Counted from the first letter of the stretch, positions 1-8,453 are shown. The stretch is DNA of 32,000 nt from an uncultured Methanoregula sp. (GCA_963667735.1 OY763919.1:1209539-1241538), one strand, 5' to 3'. The notes: generated by a model from the letters alone, not told the origin. Program-made: numbers and translations.

Positions 1-372
1 TTCAAGAACCTGATCACCCTGAAGATCAAGACCGACAAGGGAGAAGAATCGGTCAGCGGCACGGTCTTTTTCAAGGGCCGGAGCCGGATCGTTGCGGTTG
101 GCGGGTACACGATGGATATGATCCCCGAAGGCCACGTGCTCGTATCCAAGCACCTGGACAAGCCCGGTGTTATCGGGCGGGCGGCAACCATCCTTGGCAA
201 GAACCATATCAATATCGCGGGCATGCAGGTTGGCCGGTTCAAAGCCGGGGAACCCGCACTGATGGTCCTGAACGTGGACAGCCCGGTGCCGCAGAATGTG
301 CTTGACGAACTTCGCGGCCTCCAGGGCATCTCCACCATGATGTTTGCCAAAATTTCAGATGAGAGAATCTGA
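1..372 (+). CDS. serA: D-3-phosphoglycerate dehydrogenase, C-terminal part (ACT regulatory domain); 5' end lies outside the window
   Basis: Frame 1 is open from base 1 (FKNLITLKIKTDKGEESVSGTVFFKG...). The tail HVLVSKHLDKPGVIGRAATILGKNHINIAGMQVGR...ALMVLNVDSPVP matches the typical ACT-domain end of archaeal/bacterial SerA. A T-rich tract follows the TGA stop. Confidence 0.75.
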   Translation, partial: FKNLITLKIKTDKGEESVSGTVFFKGRSRIVAVGGYTMDMIPEGHVLVSKHLDKPGVIGRAATILGKNHINIAGMQVGRFKAGEPALMVLNVDSPVPQNVLDELRGLQGISTMMFAKISDERI

Positions 373-595
373 AGATTATTCTTTTTTGAAGTGTTTTAAT
401 TCTTGATTTCTTAAGGTCTGATTTTCTTTCATAGTAATGAGCTCAGCATATCATTCCTGATATTGCGATGTCCCCGCCGCCCCCAAGAGCGGATCTGTTT
501 TTCAACCAGACCCGGCTGAAAATTTTCAATCGCGATCACGACCCTGGTTGTAAAATCGATACGGATCAATCGAACCTTTGATTGAAAAACGAATT

Positions 596-693
596 GATCC
601 CCCATGCGCTCCTGTGACCCCCCCACCCCATAGCAGGGGGGGGTTCGATCGATTTGAAAAAGATCAGGAGGGGGGGTCTGCGAGAGACCCCCC
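596..693. repeat. Copy 1 of an imperfect ~100-bp direct repeat rich in G7-8/C6-7 homopolymer hairpins
   Basis: It starts gatcccccatgcg. C7 (618-624) can pair with G8 (636-643). An 8-bp stem ggggggtc (671-678) / gaccccccc-type (686-693) encloses a 7-nt loop. It shares the core ...cccc-ata/tatgc-cagg-gggggtt(c/g)gatcg(a/t)ttt-aaaaa-...-ggggggg-t..gcg.g.gacccccc with copy 2. Confidence 0.7.
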
Positions 694-806
694 GCCTCAA
701 ATGTGAGTAATCCCCCTCCTCCGGCAGTTGCCCGCCTGGCATTTCGTGTGGAGTTCCTGACGTGACGGGCACAACCTGCAGGCACTCATTATTGAGTTGG
801 GGATCG

Positions 807-916
807 GATCCCGCATGGTGACAGGGGGGGTCCCCGGTCAACCCCCCCTATGCTCAGGGAGGGGGGTTGGATCGTTTTAAAAAAATAATGGTGGGGGGGT
901 TAGCGCGGGACCCCCC
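807..916. repeat. Copy 2 of the G/C-homopolymer hairpin repeat
   Basis: It starts gatcccgcatggtg. G7 (824-830) can pair with C7 (842-848), and G7 (893-899) with C6 (911-916). By-eye alignment to 596-693 shows the same order of motifs, with a ~12-bp extra segment near the 5' end. Confidence 0.7.
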
Positions 917-928
917 ATGTGTCCTGCT

Positions 929-1594
929 TTATTTCCCGATAAAATCCTTGGCAACCATCCGGCAGAGCCGGTTGCTCTCCGCAAGGTACCGCGGCGTCTC
1001 GCGCTCTATCTTCTCGCGCTGGAACCGGGTCACGTCCTTTGACCAGTCCCGGATCAGCTCTTCCGTCATCTCCAGGTGGAACTGGAACCCGAGAGCATTC
1101 CGGCACACGATCGCCTGGTTCCTGACGTGCTCCCCGTATGCAAGGAGCCTCGCCCCATACGGCATCCCGAAGGTCTCACCGTGAAACTGGAAGACCTGGA
1201 ACCGGTCCGGGAACCCGGCCAATGCCCCGCCCGCGCCTTCCACTTTCGAGAGCGGCTGCCACCCGATCTCTTTTTCGAACGGGTAGACTTTCGCCCCATG
1301 GGCCGAGGCGATGAGCTGGGCCCCGAGGCAGATCCCGAGGACTTTTCTTCTGTCCTTTGCTGCCGCACGGATCAGCGCTTTCTCCTCTGCCAGCCAGGGA
1401 AGTTCCTTTTCGTCGTTGACACTCATGGGGCCGCCCAGGAAGAGCAGGTGGGTGGCATCCAGCCGTTTTGGAACCTCCCCCGTCTCAAAGAGCAGGACGT
1501 ACTCGACCGGGACTTTGGCTTCCTCAAAAACCGTCTCGAAATACCCGGCATGCTCGCGGGGAGCCTGCTGGAGTATGGCGATCTTTTTTTCCAT
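929..1594 (-). CDS. Class I glutamine amidotransferase (GATase1, GuaA-like stand-alone domain)
   Basis: I take the start at MEKKIAILQQ (ATG 1594). The nucleophile elbow is GICLGAQL and the His/Glu pair is FQFHLE. The 400-aa ORF on the track is an artefactual 5' extension that overlaps the next gene. Confidence 0.8.
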   Translation of the reverse strand: MEKKIAILQQAPREHAGYFETVFEEAKVPVEYVLLFETGEVPKRLDATHLLFLGGPMSVNDEKELPWLAEEKALIRAAAKDRRKVLGICLGAQLIASAHGAKVYPFEKEIGWQPLSKVEGAGGALAGFPDRFQVFQFHGETFGMPYGARLLAYGEHVRNQAIVCRNALGFQFHLEMTEELIRDWSKDVTRFQREKIERETPRYLAESNRLCRMVAKDFIGK

Positions 1595-1737
1595 ACTCTT
1601 GGTCTCTTGCTCCCGGGTAATAATGTGAACGAAGGGGCTGGACCGCGTCTGGTTCCTGCGGAGCATCCTGCCCGCCCGGGACTGGCAATGGGAGCGGAGT
1701 AAAAAGGGAGGACTTATGTTCCGGACACGAAGTCCCG

Positions 1738-2496
1738 CTATTTTGTCTGCTGGGGGATAACCGGGCCGGGTCCCATGGGCGGGAGTTTGGGAACCGGGGA
1801 GATCGAGACCGACCAGCTCCCGGGGTTGTACCGTCCCAGGACGTTCAGGTAATAGGTGCCGTTCTCCGGGATGGTGATAAACACGAACGGGTGTGGCGAG
1901 AGCGCACCGAAACCCGGCTGGATGTACGTGTTGTTGGCGTCCATAAGCGGCGTGCCATTGGAGTACCCGAGGAAATAGTAGGGGGAGTCGAGGCCGGTCA
2001 CATTCCGCTCGAAGAAATATTCGCCGCGCTCCAGGTAGAAGACCGGGGTTACCTGCGTTCCCGTACCCGAGAGGTTCACCGGCGCCTTCAATGGATTTGC
2101 TGTCAGGAGCGGGGCAACCTCTGCGGTCCACCGGCCAGTGCTCGTGATGTTCAGGTTATACGTGTCCTTTGCGGGAACCTGGAAGGAGACCGACCCGGCA
2201 TACGGGCCGGTTGTCGAGAACACGGTTGCTGCCCCGCTTGTCTGCGACAGGTTGAAAAAGTCAACCTCCATCTTCTGGGCACCGGCCGTCTGGAACGATA
2301 CGATAATTACCCCCGGTTCATGGGTGAACGTGGCATTCGGGTTATCGGAAGAAAGAGACCGGGTCTGGACCGGTGTTACGGTTACGGACGGAGCCGCAGG
2401 GGCAGGGGCCTGCGTACACCCGCAGGAGACGAGACAGAGCAGGACAACGATGGTCAGGATAAGGGAAAACTGCATACTATGTCCCAATGTCTGCAT
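1738..2496 (-). CDS. Hypothetical exported or lipid-anchored protein with two internal ~100-aa repeats
   Basis: There is an N-terminal signal peptide with a Cys-containing end (LILTIVVLLCLVSCGCTQ) and many NxS/T sequons. Two similar modules are present (...KDTYNLNITSTGRWTAEVAP / ...ENGTYYLNVLGRYNPGSWSVSISP). An alternative start is ATG 2475. I do not recognise a family. Confidence 0.55.
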   Translation of the reverse strand: MQTLGHSMQFSLILTIVVLLCLVSCGCTQAPAPAAPSVTVTPVQTRSLSSDNPNATFTHEPGVIIVSFQTAGAQKMEVDFFNLSQTSGAATVFSTTGPYAGSVSFQVPAKDTYNLNITSTGRWTAEVAPLLTANPLKAPVNLSGTGTQVTPVFYLERGEYFFERNVTGLDSPYYFLGYSNGTPLMDANNTYIQPGFGALSPHPFVFITIPENGTYYLNVLGRYNPGSWSVSISPVPKLPPMGPGPVIPQQTK

Positions 2497-2614
2497 GAAA
2501 TTTCAGTGTTTCTTTTTTATCGGGATGCGTATATTTAATAAAAAAGGTTATAGCCGCCGGGAACCTGCGATGGATAATCCACCCTCCTCCCGATGCCGGC
2601 TCTTTTTGCCTTCC

Positions 2615-2929
2615 TTATGCTTCTTCGTACACCCGTACCGGTACCGGCAGGATACCCGGCCTCCGGTCGGTCATGAAGTACATGTAGGGCATCACGTGGA
2701 CCAGGTATTCCAGGTAGCCTTTGACAAAGTTGGATAGTCCTTCGATGCGCCTCCCGAGGATCAGGATGCAGACCCACTGGATGATGAGGCAGATTGCCGA
2801 GATGATCCCGTACACCCAGAGGACAATGCCGATGATGATCCAGTAAACGATACGGATGAGCAGTTCGAGCCTGCTCGCGTCATGCTCGTACAGGAAGAGC
2901 TGACCAAGCGCGGGGGTTGCTTGTGTCAT
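2615..2929 (-). CDS. DUF4389-family small membrane protein
   Basis: There are two hydrophobic helices (RIVYWIIIGIVLWVYGIISAICLIIQWVCILIL) followed by the ...YMYFMTDRRP motif typical of DUF4389. The start is ATG. Confidence 0.6.
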   Translation of the reverse strand: MTQATPALGQLFLYEHDASRLELLIRIVYWIIIGIVLWVYGIISAICLIIQWVCILILGRRIEGLSNFVKGYLEYLVHVMPYMYFMTDRRPGILPVPVRVYEEA

Positions 2930-3082
2930 GATATACCAAATCAGGCATGGGGGCCGTTTCGTAATAAAAGCAGCGTATTTCTCGCCCGGATGCCCTCCGG
3001 TGCACCATAGGGATTTTTGGACGTGTGTGCACTAATTTTTAATAATACCAGAACAGATGCTATAGAGCATCAGACATTAAGC

Positions 3083-3156
3083 GGGCTCGTGGTCTAGTTG
3101 GCTATGACGTCGCCTTGACATGGCGGAGGTCCTGAGTTCGAATCTCAGCGGGCCCA
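3083..3156 (+). tRNA. tRNA-Val (anticodon GAC), no encoded CCA
   Basis: The cloverleaf was folded by hand. Acceptor stem is GGGCUCG/CGGGCCC (one G-U pair). D-arm is GUCU..UGAC. Anticodon stem is UCGCC/GGCGG with loop UUGACAU. T-arm is CUGAG-UUCGAAU-CUCAG. The discriminator is A. Confidence 0.9.
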
Positions 3157-3311
3157 TCTTTCTTCTTTTCCGAAATATTCCGATAATAATCCGGTTGATC
3201 ACGTATCCTGGCAGTTGCAAAACATGGCTGTGGATATCTGCCGCAATGGTTTGGGAACAAAAACAGTACATTGCAGGAATTAATCTTCCGGAGGCGATCC
3301 CCGGTCCAGGC

Positions 3312-3629
3312 TCATTCCGGTTCTACCTGGTGACTCAGGTTTTCATACACGCTGTAGGAGTACACGTGGTTCTGGACGTTTTCTTTGATTGTGATGTTTG
3401 GGGTGGATCTTTTTGGCTTCCAGCAGGACTCGCACAACCCGCTCTTTTTTGTCCGTAAGAAATCGGTGACCGGATACCGTTCCCCGCAGCGGAAACAGCG
3501 GATAGTGGGTAAAACCGGTTCATACAGCGCGGAATCCTCCGGGCTGAGGATCGTACTATCGTTTCTGGTACCTGTACCGGTCCATCCGTCACTGTTATTC
3601 CCGTTATTGATTATTGGATGCGTATTCAT
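3312..3629 (-). CDS. Hypothetical small protein with a CxxC...CxxC zinc-ribbon motif (orphan)
   Basis: This is a 105-aa ORF with CFRCGERYPVTDFLRTKKSGLCESC. It lies in a somewhat AT-richer stretch downstream of the tRNA. I do not recognise a family, so coding status is uncertain. Confidence 0.35.
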   Translation of the reverse strand: MNTHPIINNGNNSDGWTGTGTRNDSTILSPEDSALYEPVLPTIRCFRCGERYPVTDFLRTKKSGLCESCWKPKRSTPNITIKENVQNHVYSYSVYENLSHQVEPE

Positions 3630-3887
3630 GGCGGTTCCCCGGCTCTGTCATGTGAATACACTTTATGGGAGAAATGGGATGATATACTCCCTTTTTACCC
3701 TATTTTTTGCCGTAATATTCCCAATTTCCTGAAAAATTCCTGCTCCGGCCGGATCGGGGCCTCGTTGTTCCGGGAAATGGTCCGGTTTTTCGGTTGGAAT
3801 GATTAACCGCTGCGAAGTGTTCGGAAGTCCTACCCCCCGGTCATCCGGCCCGGTGATGCTGTTTTCGTGCAATGGAAAAAAAGCGGT

Positions 3888-4835
3888 TCAGAAGAATTTC
3901 TTTCGCCACATGAAAAGGCCGAGGATTATTGAGCACATGAAGGATATGCCAAAGATGATCTCGAATGCCAAAGGCTTCTGCGAGAGCGGGATGTCCACGA
4001 CGTTCATCCCGTAAAAACTCGCAATCATCGTCGGGATGGCGATGATGATCGTGATGGAGGCGAGGAACTTCATCACGATATTGAGGTTGTTGGAGATGAT
4101 CGTGGCAAACGCGCCGGTCATGCCGTTCAAGATGTGCAGGTAGATCTGGGACATCTCCATGGCCTGCTTGTTCTCGATGATGACGTCTTCGAGGAACTCG
4201 GCATCGTCGTCGTACATCTTCAGCGGCTTGGTTCTCAGGATCCGCTCCAGGACCGCCTCGTTCGACTTGAGCGATGTCGAGAAGTAGATGAGGCTCTTTT
4301 CCAGTTCCATCATCCGGAAGAGCTCCTCGTTCTTCATTGAACGGTGCAGTTCCACTTCTATCCGGGAGATCGTCTTCTCAATCTGCCGCAGGTGCTGCAG
4401 GTACGAGGAAGCGTTCCGGTAGAAGATCTGGAAGATGAACCGGGTCTTCTTGGCTGTATGGAAATGACGGACCTTCCCTGCGGTGAAATCGTCCAGGATG
4501 GGGGACTGGCTGTTGCAGACCGTGACTACCAGGGTATCGGTGATGATGATGCCGAGCGGGAGGGTGGAGAGCGTTCGTATCCCCTCGTTGTCGGTGATCA
4601 TCGGTACATCGAGGACAACGAGAACCACGCCGTCTTCGGAATCGATGCGCGGACGCTCCTCTTCATCGAGGGCAGCTTTTAAGAATTCCGGCGGGAGGTG
4701 GCAGGTTTCGGCTATATGGGCAAGTTCGGCTTCGGTCGGGCTCGTCAGCCGTACCCAGGTGCCATCGCCCGGTGTGTCCACGGTCTCGATGATTGCCGGT
4801 TCTGTGTCTTTTTTTGTCCTGTAGATCTGCATCAT
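3888..4835 (-). CDS. corA: CorA-family Mg2+/Co2+ transporter
   Basis: The C-terminal signature is FYGMNV (GMN motif) between two TM helices, preceded by a long cytoplasmic domain. I prefer ATG 4835 (MMQIYRT), which is preceded by gggagga, over the GTG at 4871 used by the ORF track. Confidence 0.85.
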   Translation of the reverse strand: MMQIYRTKKDTEPAIIETVDTPGDGTWVRLTSPTEAELAHIAETCHLPPEFLKAALDEEERPRIDSEDGVVLVVLDVPMITDNEGIRTLSTLPLGIIITDTLVVTVCNSQSPILDDFTAGKVRHFHTAKKTRFIFQIFYRNASSYLQHLRQIEKTISRIEVELHRSMKNEELFRMMELEKSLIYFSTSLKSNEAVLERILRTKPLKMYDDDAEFLEDVIIENKQAMEMSQIYLHILNGMTGAFATIISNNLNIVMKFLASITIIIAIPTMIASFYGMNVVDIPLSQKPLAFEIIFGISFMCSIILGLFMWRKKFF

Positions 4836-5192
4836 GACCCGGGTCCTCCCGATAATCCCGAGGTTCCCCACCGGTTTGTTTCACGGGGCGGGGGAACCTT
4901 CGGATGTACTTCCATCCCATGGCTGCGTTCCCCGCCCGCCAGTAGCGATCTTTTGCATCGCACGCCGGTCGTGGAACAACCTGTTGCTGATGGAGGAATT
5001 GGCGCTGGATATATTTTGTTCAATCGGTTTATGCTTTTTCCGGCTTTCGTGAGTGCCGCAATTTTGCCTGAATAGCAATTTCACACACAATAATAAGGTA
5101 TTTATTGAATTCTCTCTCAAAATATCCGTATTTTTCCCATTTATGGCTATATATATCTCTGATGCCCCAAAAAAGGCGAAAAAGAAGAAATC

Positions 5193-5202
5193 ATTATAAA
5201 TA
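5193..5202 (+). promoter_or_regulatory. Candidate TATA box for the NRAMP-like operon
   Basis: The sequence attataaata lies in the AT-rich divergent intergenic region, about 125 nt upstream of ATG 5327. This implies a leader of about 100 nt. A second TATA-like tract, ggctatatatatc, sits around 5143-5158. Confidence 0.3.
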
Positions 5203-5326
5203 CCTGGGGTATATTGATATGCAGGACGTCATTATCCGTGACAGGGCACCGGCATGCCCGTCATCTGCGGTGAATGGGGGCTGAATAACCGGCTATGTAA
5301 CAATATACTATCTGGGGCGTGACTGC

Positions 5327-6595
5327 ATGGATCTCGGATCAACCTTTTTTTATAAATACCAGCGATTTATCAAGACCCTGAAAATTTACCTGCTCATCGC
5401 CGGGCCGGGTCTCATCGTCATGCTCGCGGACAACGATGCCGGGGGCATCACCACCTACACCGTAACCGGTGCGAAATTCGGGTACGGGCTCATCTGGTTC
5501 TTGCTCCTCCTCCTGCCCGTTGCGTACGTTGTACAGGAGATGACCGTGCGCCTCGGGGCAGTCACAAAACGGGGCCATGCAGAGGCGATCTTCGATGCGT
5601 TCGGCTCGTTCTGGGGCTGGTTCTCGTTCCTCGACCTGGCTCTCGTGAACTGGCTGACGCTGGTGACGGAATTTATCGGGATGACCGCAGCGCTCGCCAT
5701 CTTCGGCATCGATCCGGTGATCACGGTCGTTATCGTATCCATTGTCATGATGCTGATGGTGCTGCAGGGGAAGTACTGGACCTGGGAGAAGATCGCCATG
5801 CTCTTTGCCGCCCTCAATATCGTTTACATTCCGGCGGCATTCATGGTGCACCCCTCGGTGGGCCAGGTCCTGGCGCAGGGTCTCATCCCCCATTTCCCCG
5901 GGGGATTCAACGGGACGTTGTTCTTCTTCTTAATGGCCAATATCGGTACAACGATCGCCCCCTGGATGATCTTCTTCCAGCAGAGCGCGGTGGTTGATAA
6001 GGGGATGAAGGAGAAAGATATCCCCTGGGGTCAGATGGACACTCTCATCGGATCGGCATTCACCGTTCTCGTGGCAATATTCCTGGTCGTCGTGACCGGC
6101 ACCGTGCTCTATGGTTCGGAAGTCGAGAGTGCCGCCCAGGCAGCGAGCGTGCTCATGACCACCAATCCCTGGCTCGGGACCTTCATTGCGATCGGTCTCT
6201 TCAATGCCGGGTTCCTCGGGGCGATCTGCATCTCCCTTGCAAGCTCGTGGGCGTTTGGCGAGGTATTCGGCTGGGCCCATTCGCTGAACCTGAAGATCCG
6301 CGAGGCCCCGTGGTTTTACTTATGCTACCTCTTTGCGCTCGTGAGCGCCGGTGCGGTCGTGCTGATACCCAATGCCCCGCTAGTTCTCATCACCCTGTTC
6401 GTCCAGGTCATCGCCGTGACCCTGCTGCCTGCGGCCCTGGTCTTTCTGATCCTGCTCTTGAACAACGAGGAGATCATGGGCAAATACAAAAACAATCTCT
6501 GGCAGAACATTGCCGGCACAACCATCGTTGTCGCGATCATTGTCCTCTCCACCCTGTATGGCATCACGACCCTCTTCCCGGGGCTGATCTCATGA
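5327..6595 (+). CDS. NRAMP (SLC11) family transporter with an NRMT-like (Mg2+-type) metal-site signature
   Basis: The 422-aa protein is polytopic. TM1 reads ...MLADNDAGGITTYT where canonical Nramp has DPGN. TM6 reads IGTTIAPWMIFFQQS where canonical Nramp has GA.IMPHN. Confidence 0.85.
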   Translation: MDLGSTFFYKYQRFIKTLKIYLLIAGPGLIVMLADNDAGGITTYTVTGAKFGYGLIWFLLLLLPVAYVVQEMTVRLGAVTKRGHAEAIFDAFGSFWGWFSFLDLALVNWLTLVTEFIGMTAALAIFGIDPVITVVIVSIVMMLMVLQGKYWTWEKIAMLFAALNIVYIPAAFMVHPSVGQVLAQGLIPHFPGGFNGTLFFFLMANIGTTIAPWMIFFQQSAVVDKGMKEKDIPWGQMDTLIGSAFTVLVAIFLVVVTGTVLYGSEVESAAQAASVLMTTNPWLGTFIAIGLFNAGFLGAICISLASSWAFGEVFGWAHSLNLKIREAPWFYLCYLFALVSAGAVVLIPNAPLVLITLFVQVIAVTLLPAALVFLILLLNNEEIMGKYKNNLWQNIAGTTIVVAIIVLSTLYGITTLFPGLIS

Positions 6596-6617
6596 CGGGC
6601 CGGATGGGGGTGCAGGT

Positions 6618-6821
6618 ATGGTAACGCTCGAAACGGTCTTTGGCCTCAGGATCGGGAGCATGATCCAGGGGGGGATAGACAAGATCCACGAGATCAACAA
6701 AAAATACAAGACGCCCCGGATCAAAATGTCCCGCGGAGTCAAACTCGCGCTCCTGTTCCTGCGGCTCTACCTGATCCTGCTTGTACTGCTGCTTGGCTAT
6801 AAATTCTGGACATTGCTGTAA
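6618..6821 (+). CDS. Small membrane protein (67 aa, single C-terminal TM helix), co-operonic
   Basis: ATG 6618 is preceded by gggggtgcagg (SD-like) and lies 22 nt after the NRAMP stop. The C-terminal helix is LALLFLRLYLILLVLLLGY. The next gene starts 12 nt after its stop. Confidence 0.5.
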   Translation: MVTLETVFGLRIGSMIQGGIDKIHEINKKYKTPRIKMSRGVKLALLFLRLYLILLVLLLGYKFWTLL

Positions 6822-6833
6822 AGGGAGGGAATC

Positions 6834-8123
6834 ATGCAGACGGATGGTACGCAATCAGGGAAAAGTGCCCAAAACCCGGGCACGGAATATCTCATGAGCA
6901 CGCTTATCGGGGGAAAGGTCTTCCGGGGCTCAAAGAAGATCGGCAGGCTTTCCGATCTGATGATCATCGAGACCGGAAAACTTCCGGAAGTCAAAAACCT
7001 GGTGATCACCCGCCCGTTCGGGGACCCGGCGCTTCTCGTTCCCTGGGACCGGGTGAAGAGCTTTGAACCGGGACGCTGTGCGATCGAGCTGGAGGATCTT
7101 AAAAAATACGAGGCTGAACCCCCGGAGGACGCGATCCTTCTCTTCGACCATATCCTCAACAAGAAAGTGCTCGACATGGAAGATGCCGAAGTCGAGGTTG
7201 TGTACGATATCCATCTCGTCAACCGGAACGGCCGGCTGTATGTGACGGAAGTCGATACCTCCAAGTCGGCCCGCCTCCGCCGCCTCGGGCTGGGTTTCCT
7301 GTCCGGCGTCCTGTACCCGCACGAGGACCCCAAGGACCCCGGCGTGATCTCCTGGCTGTATATCCAGCCCCTTCCCCCCCAGATCAGCAGTTTCCGGGGG
7401 GATGTCAAGCTCAATATCTTAAAAGACAAACTGGCGGAGATCCACCCGGTGGATCTCGCCGATATCCTGGAAGAGCTCGACCATGACCAGCGCGTGATGG
7501 TCTTCTCGTCGCTCGATCAGGAGCAGGCATCGGATACCCTCGAAGAGATAGAACCCCAGGTCCAGCGCGACATCATCTCGTCCCTGACCACCGAGCAGGT
7601 AGTGCGGCTCCTCAACGACATGACCCCCGGCCAGGCTGCCGATATCTTATCGGTGCTCCCGTCATCGGAAGCCCAGGAGATCCTCGAAGCCCTGAGTAAG
7701 GACACTGCCAGGAAGATCCAGGCGATCATCGGGAAACAGGAAGAGAAAGTCATCCACTATACCACGCAGAAGATCCTGAAATTCCCCCCGGAGACGACTG
7801 CCGGTTATATCGAGAACGATTACCCCCGGCATGCTCGTGGGAAAGACGTCATCATGTACATCTATGTTACCGGCACGGATGACACCCTGCTTGGCGTCAT
7901 CGATCTCAAGGATCTCCTCCAGGCCGACGATCAGGCATTGCTCAGGGACATCATGCTCGAGAATGTGATCAGCCTGTCAACGGAGAGCACGCTCAAGGAA
8001 GCATCCCAGCTCTTTGCCCGGTATGATTTCCGCGCCCTGCCCGTTGTCGATGACAAAAATCGCCTGACCGGTGTGATCCCGTACCGCGATGTGATGAACC
8101 TCACCCACCATTTCGTGGAATAA
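6834..8123 (+). CDS. Soluble PRC-barrel + MgtE N-domain + CBS-pair protein (MgtE cytoplasmic Mg2+-sensor module without the membrane pore)
   Basis: ATG 6834 is preceded by agggaggg. The N-terminus is PRC-barrel-like (LIGGKVFRGSKKIGRLSDLMI...). The MgtE_N-like helical repeat is HPVDLADILEELDHDQRVMVFSSLDQEQASDTLEEIEP...AADILSVLPSSEAQEILEAL. The C-terminus is a CBS pair (...LLGVIDLKDLL... / ...ALPVVDDKNRLTGVIPYRDVM). No TM segments follow. Confidence 0.85.
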   Translation: MQTDGTQSGKSAQNPGTEYLMSTLIGGKVFRGSKKIGRLSDLMIIETGKLPEVKNLVITRPFGDPALLVPWDRVKSFEPGRCAIELEDLKKYEAEPPEDAILLFDHILNKKVLDMEDAEVEVVYDIHLVNRNGRLYVTEVDTSKSARLRRLGLGFLSGVLYPHEDPKDPGVISWLYIQPLPPQISSFRGDVKLNILKDKLAEIHPVDLADILEELDHDQRVMVFSSLDQEQASDTLEEIEPQVQRDIISSLTTEQVVRLLNDMTPGQAADILSVLPSSEAQEILEALSKDTARKIQAIIGKQEEKVIHYTTQKILKFPPETTAGYIENDYPRHARGKDVIMYIYVTGTDDTLLGVIDLKDLLQADDQALLRDIMLENVISLSTESTLKEASQLFARYDFRALPVVDDKNRLTGVIPYRDVMNLTHHFVE

Positions 8124-8161
8124 AAAAAATAAAATCTTCGGGGAAGATCCCCCGGATCCCC

Positions 8162-8416
8162 TTATTTTTCCTGCCACATCAGCCAGACTGCATAGAGCAT
8201 GGATAAGCACGCGGCAAGGAAGATGACGGCGTGGAGGCCCGGCAGAATGTTCAGGGCAAGGATACGGTCGATATCGAAGATGACGAACAAGGCAAACGTG
8301 ATGGCAATAAACCCGCCGTACATCTTCTTTCTCTTCCATGCAACGAGCAGGGCGAGTATGGCTACCGCCAGTTCGGTAATGATTGCGATTACCTGGATAA
8401 CGTCGGATATCTGCAT
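8162..8416 (-). CDS. Small hypothetical membrane protein (84 aa, ~3 TM)
   Basis: The ORF has an ATG start and is uniformly hydrophobic (VIAIITELAVAILALLVAW..., GGFIAITFALFVIF..., HAVIFLAACLSMLYAVWLMW). It lies immediately downstream of the ancestral msrA terminator. Confidence 0.5.
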   Translation of the reverse strand: MQISDVIQVIAIITELAVAILALLVAWKRKKMYGGFIAITFALFVIFDIDRILALNILPGLHAVIFLAACLSMLYAVWLMWQEK

Positions 8417-8453
8417 ATGTTCACGTTTCTTTTGGTTCTGGATTAAGTATTGT

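Noticed and set aside
429-841. Two overlapping minus-strand ORFs (118 and 91 aa) in the serA/GATase gap
   Set aside because: Their sequences are dominated by GGGG/PPPP runs, which are simply the translated G/C homopolymer hairpins. There is no start context. I treat the region as non-coding repeat DNA.
929-2131. A 400-aa minus-strand ORF on the track that spans the GATase gene and runs into the exported-protein gene
   Set aside because: Only the C-terminal 221 aa, from MEKKIAIL at ATG 1594, look like a real GATase1 protein. The upstream 179 aa are Arg/Pro/Gly-rich, overlap the 1738-2496 gene in another frame, and are typical of high-GC read-through.
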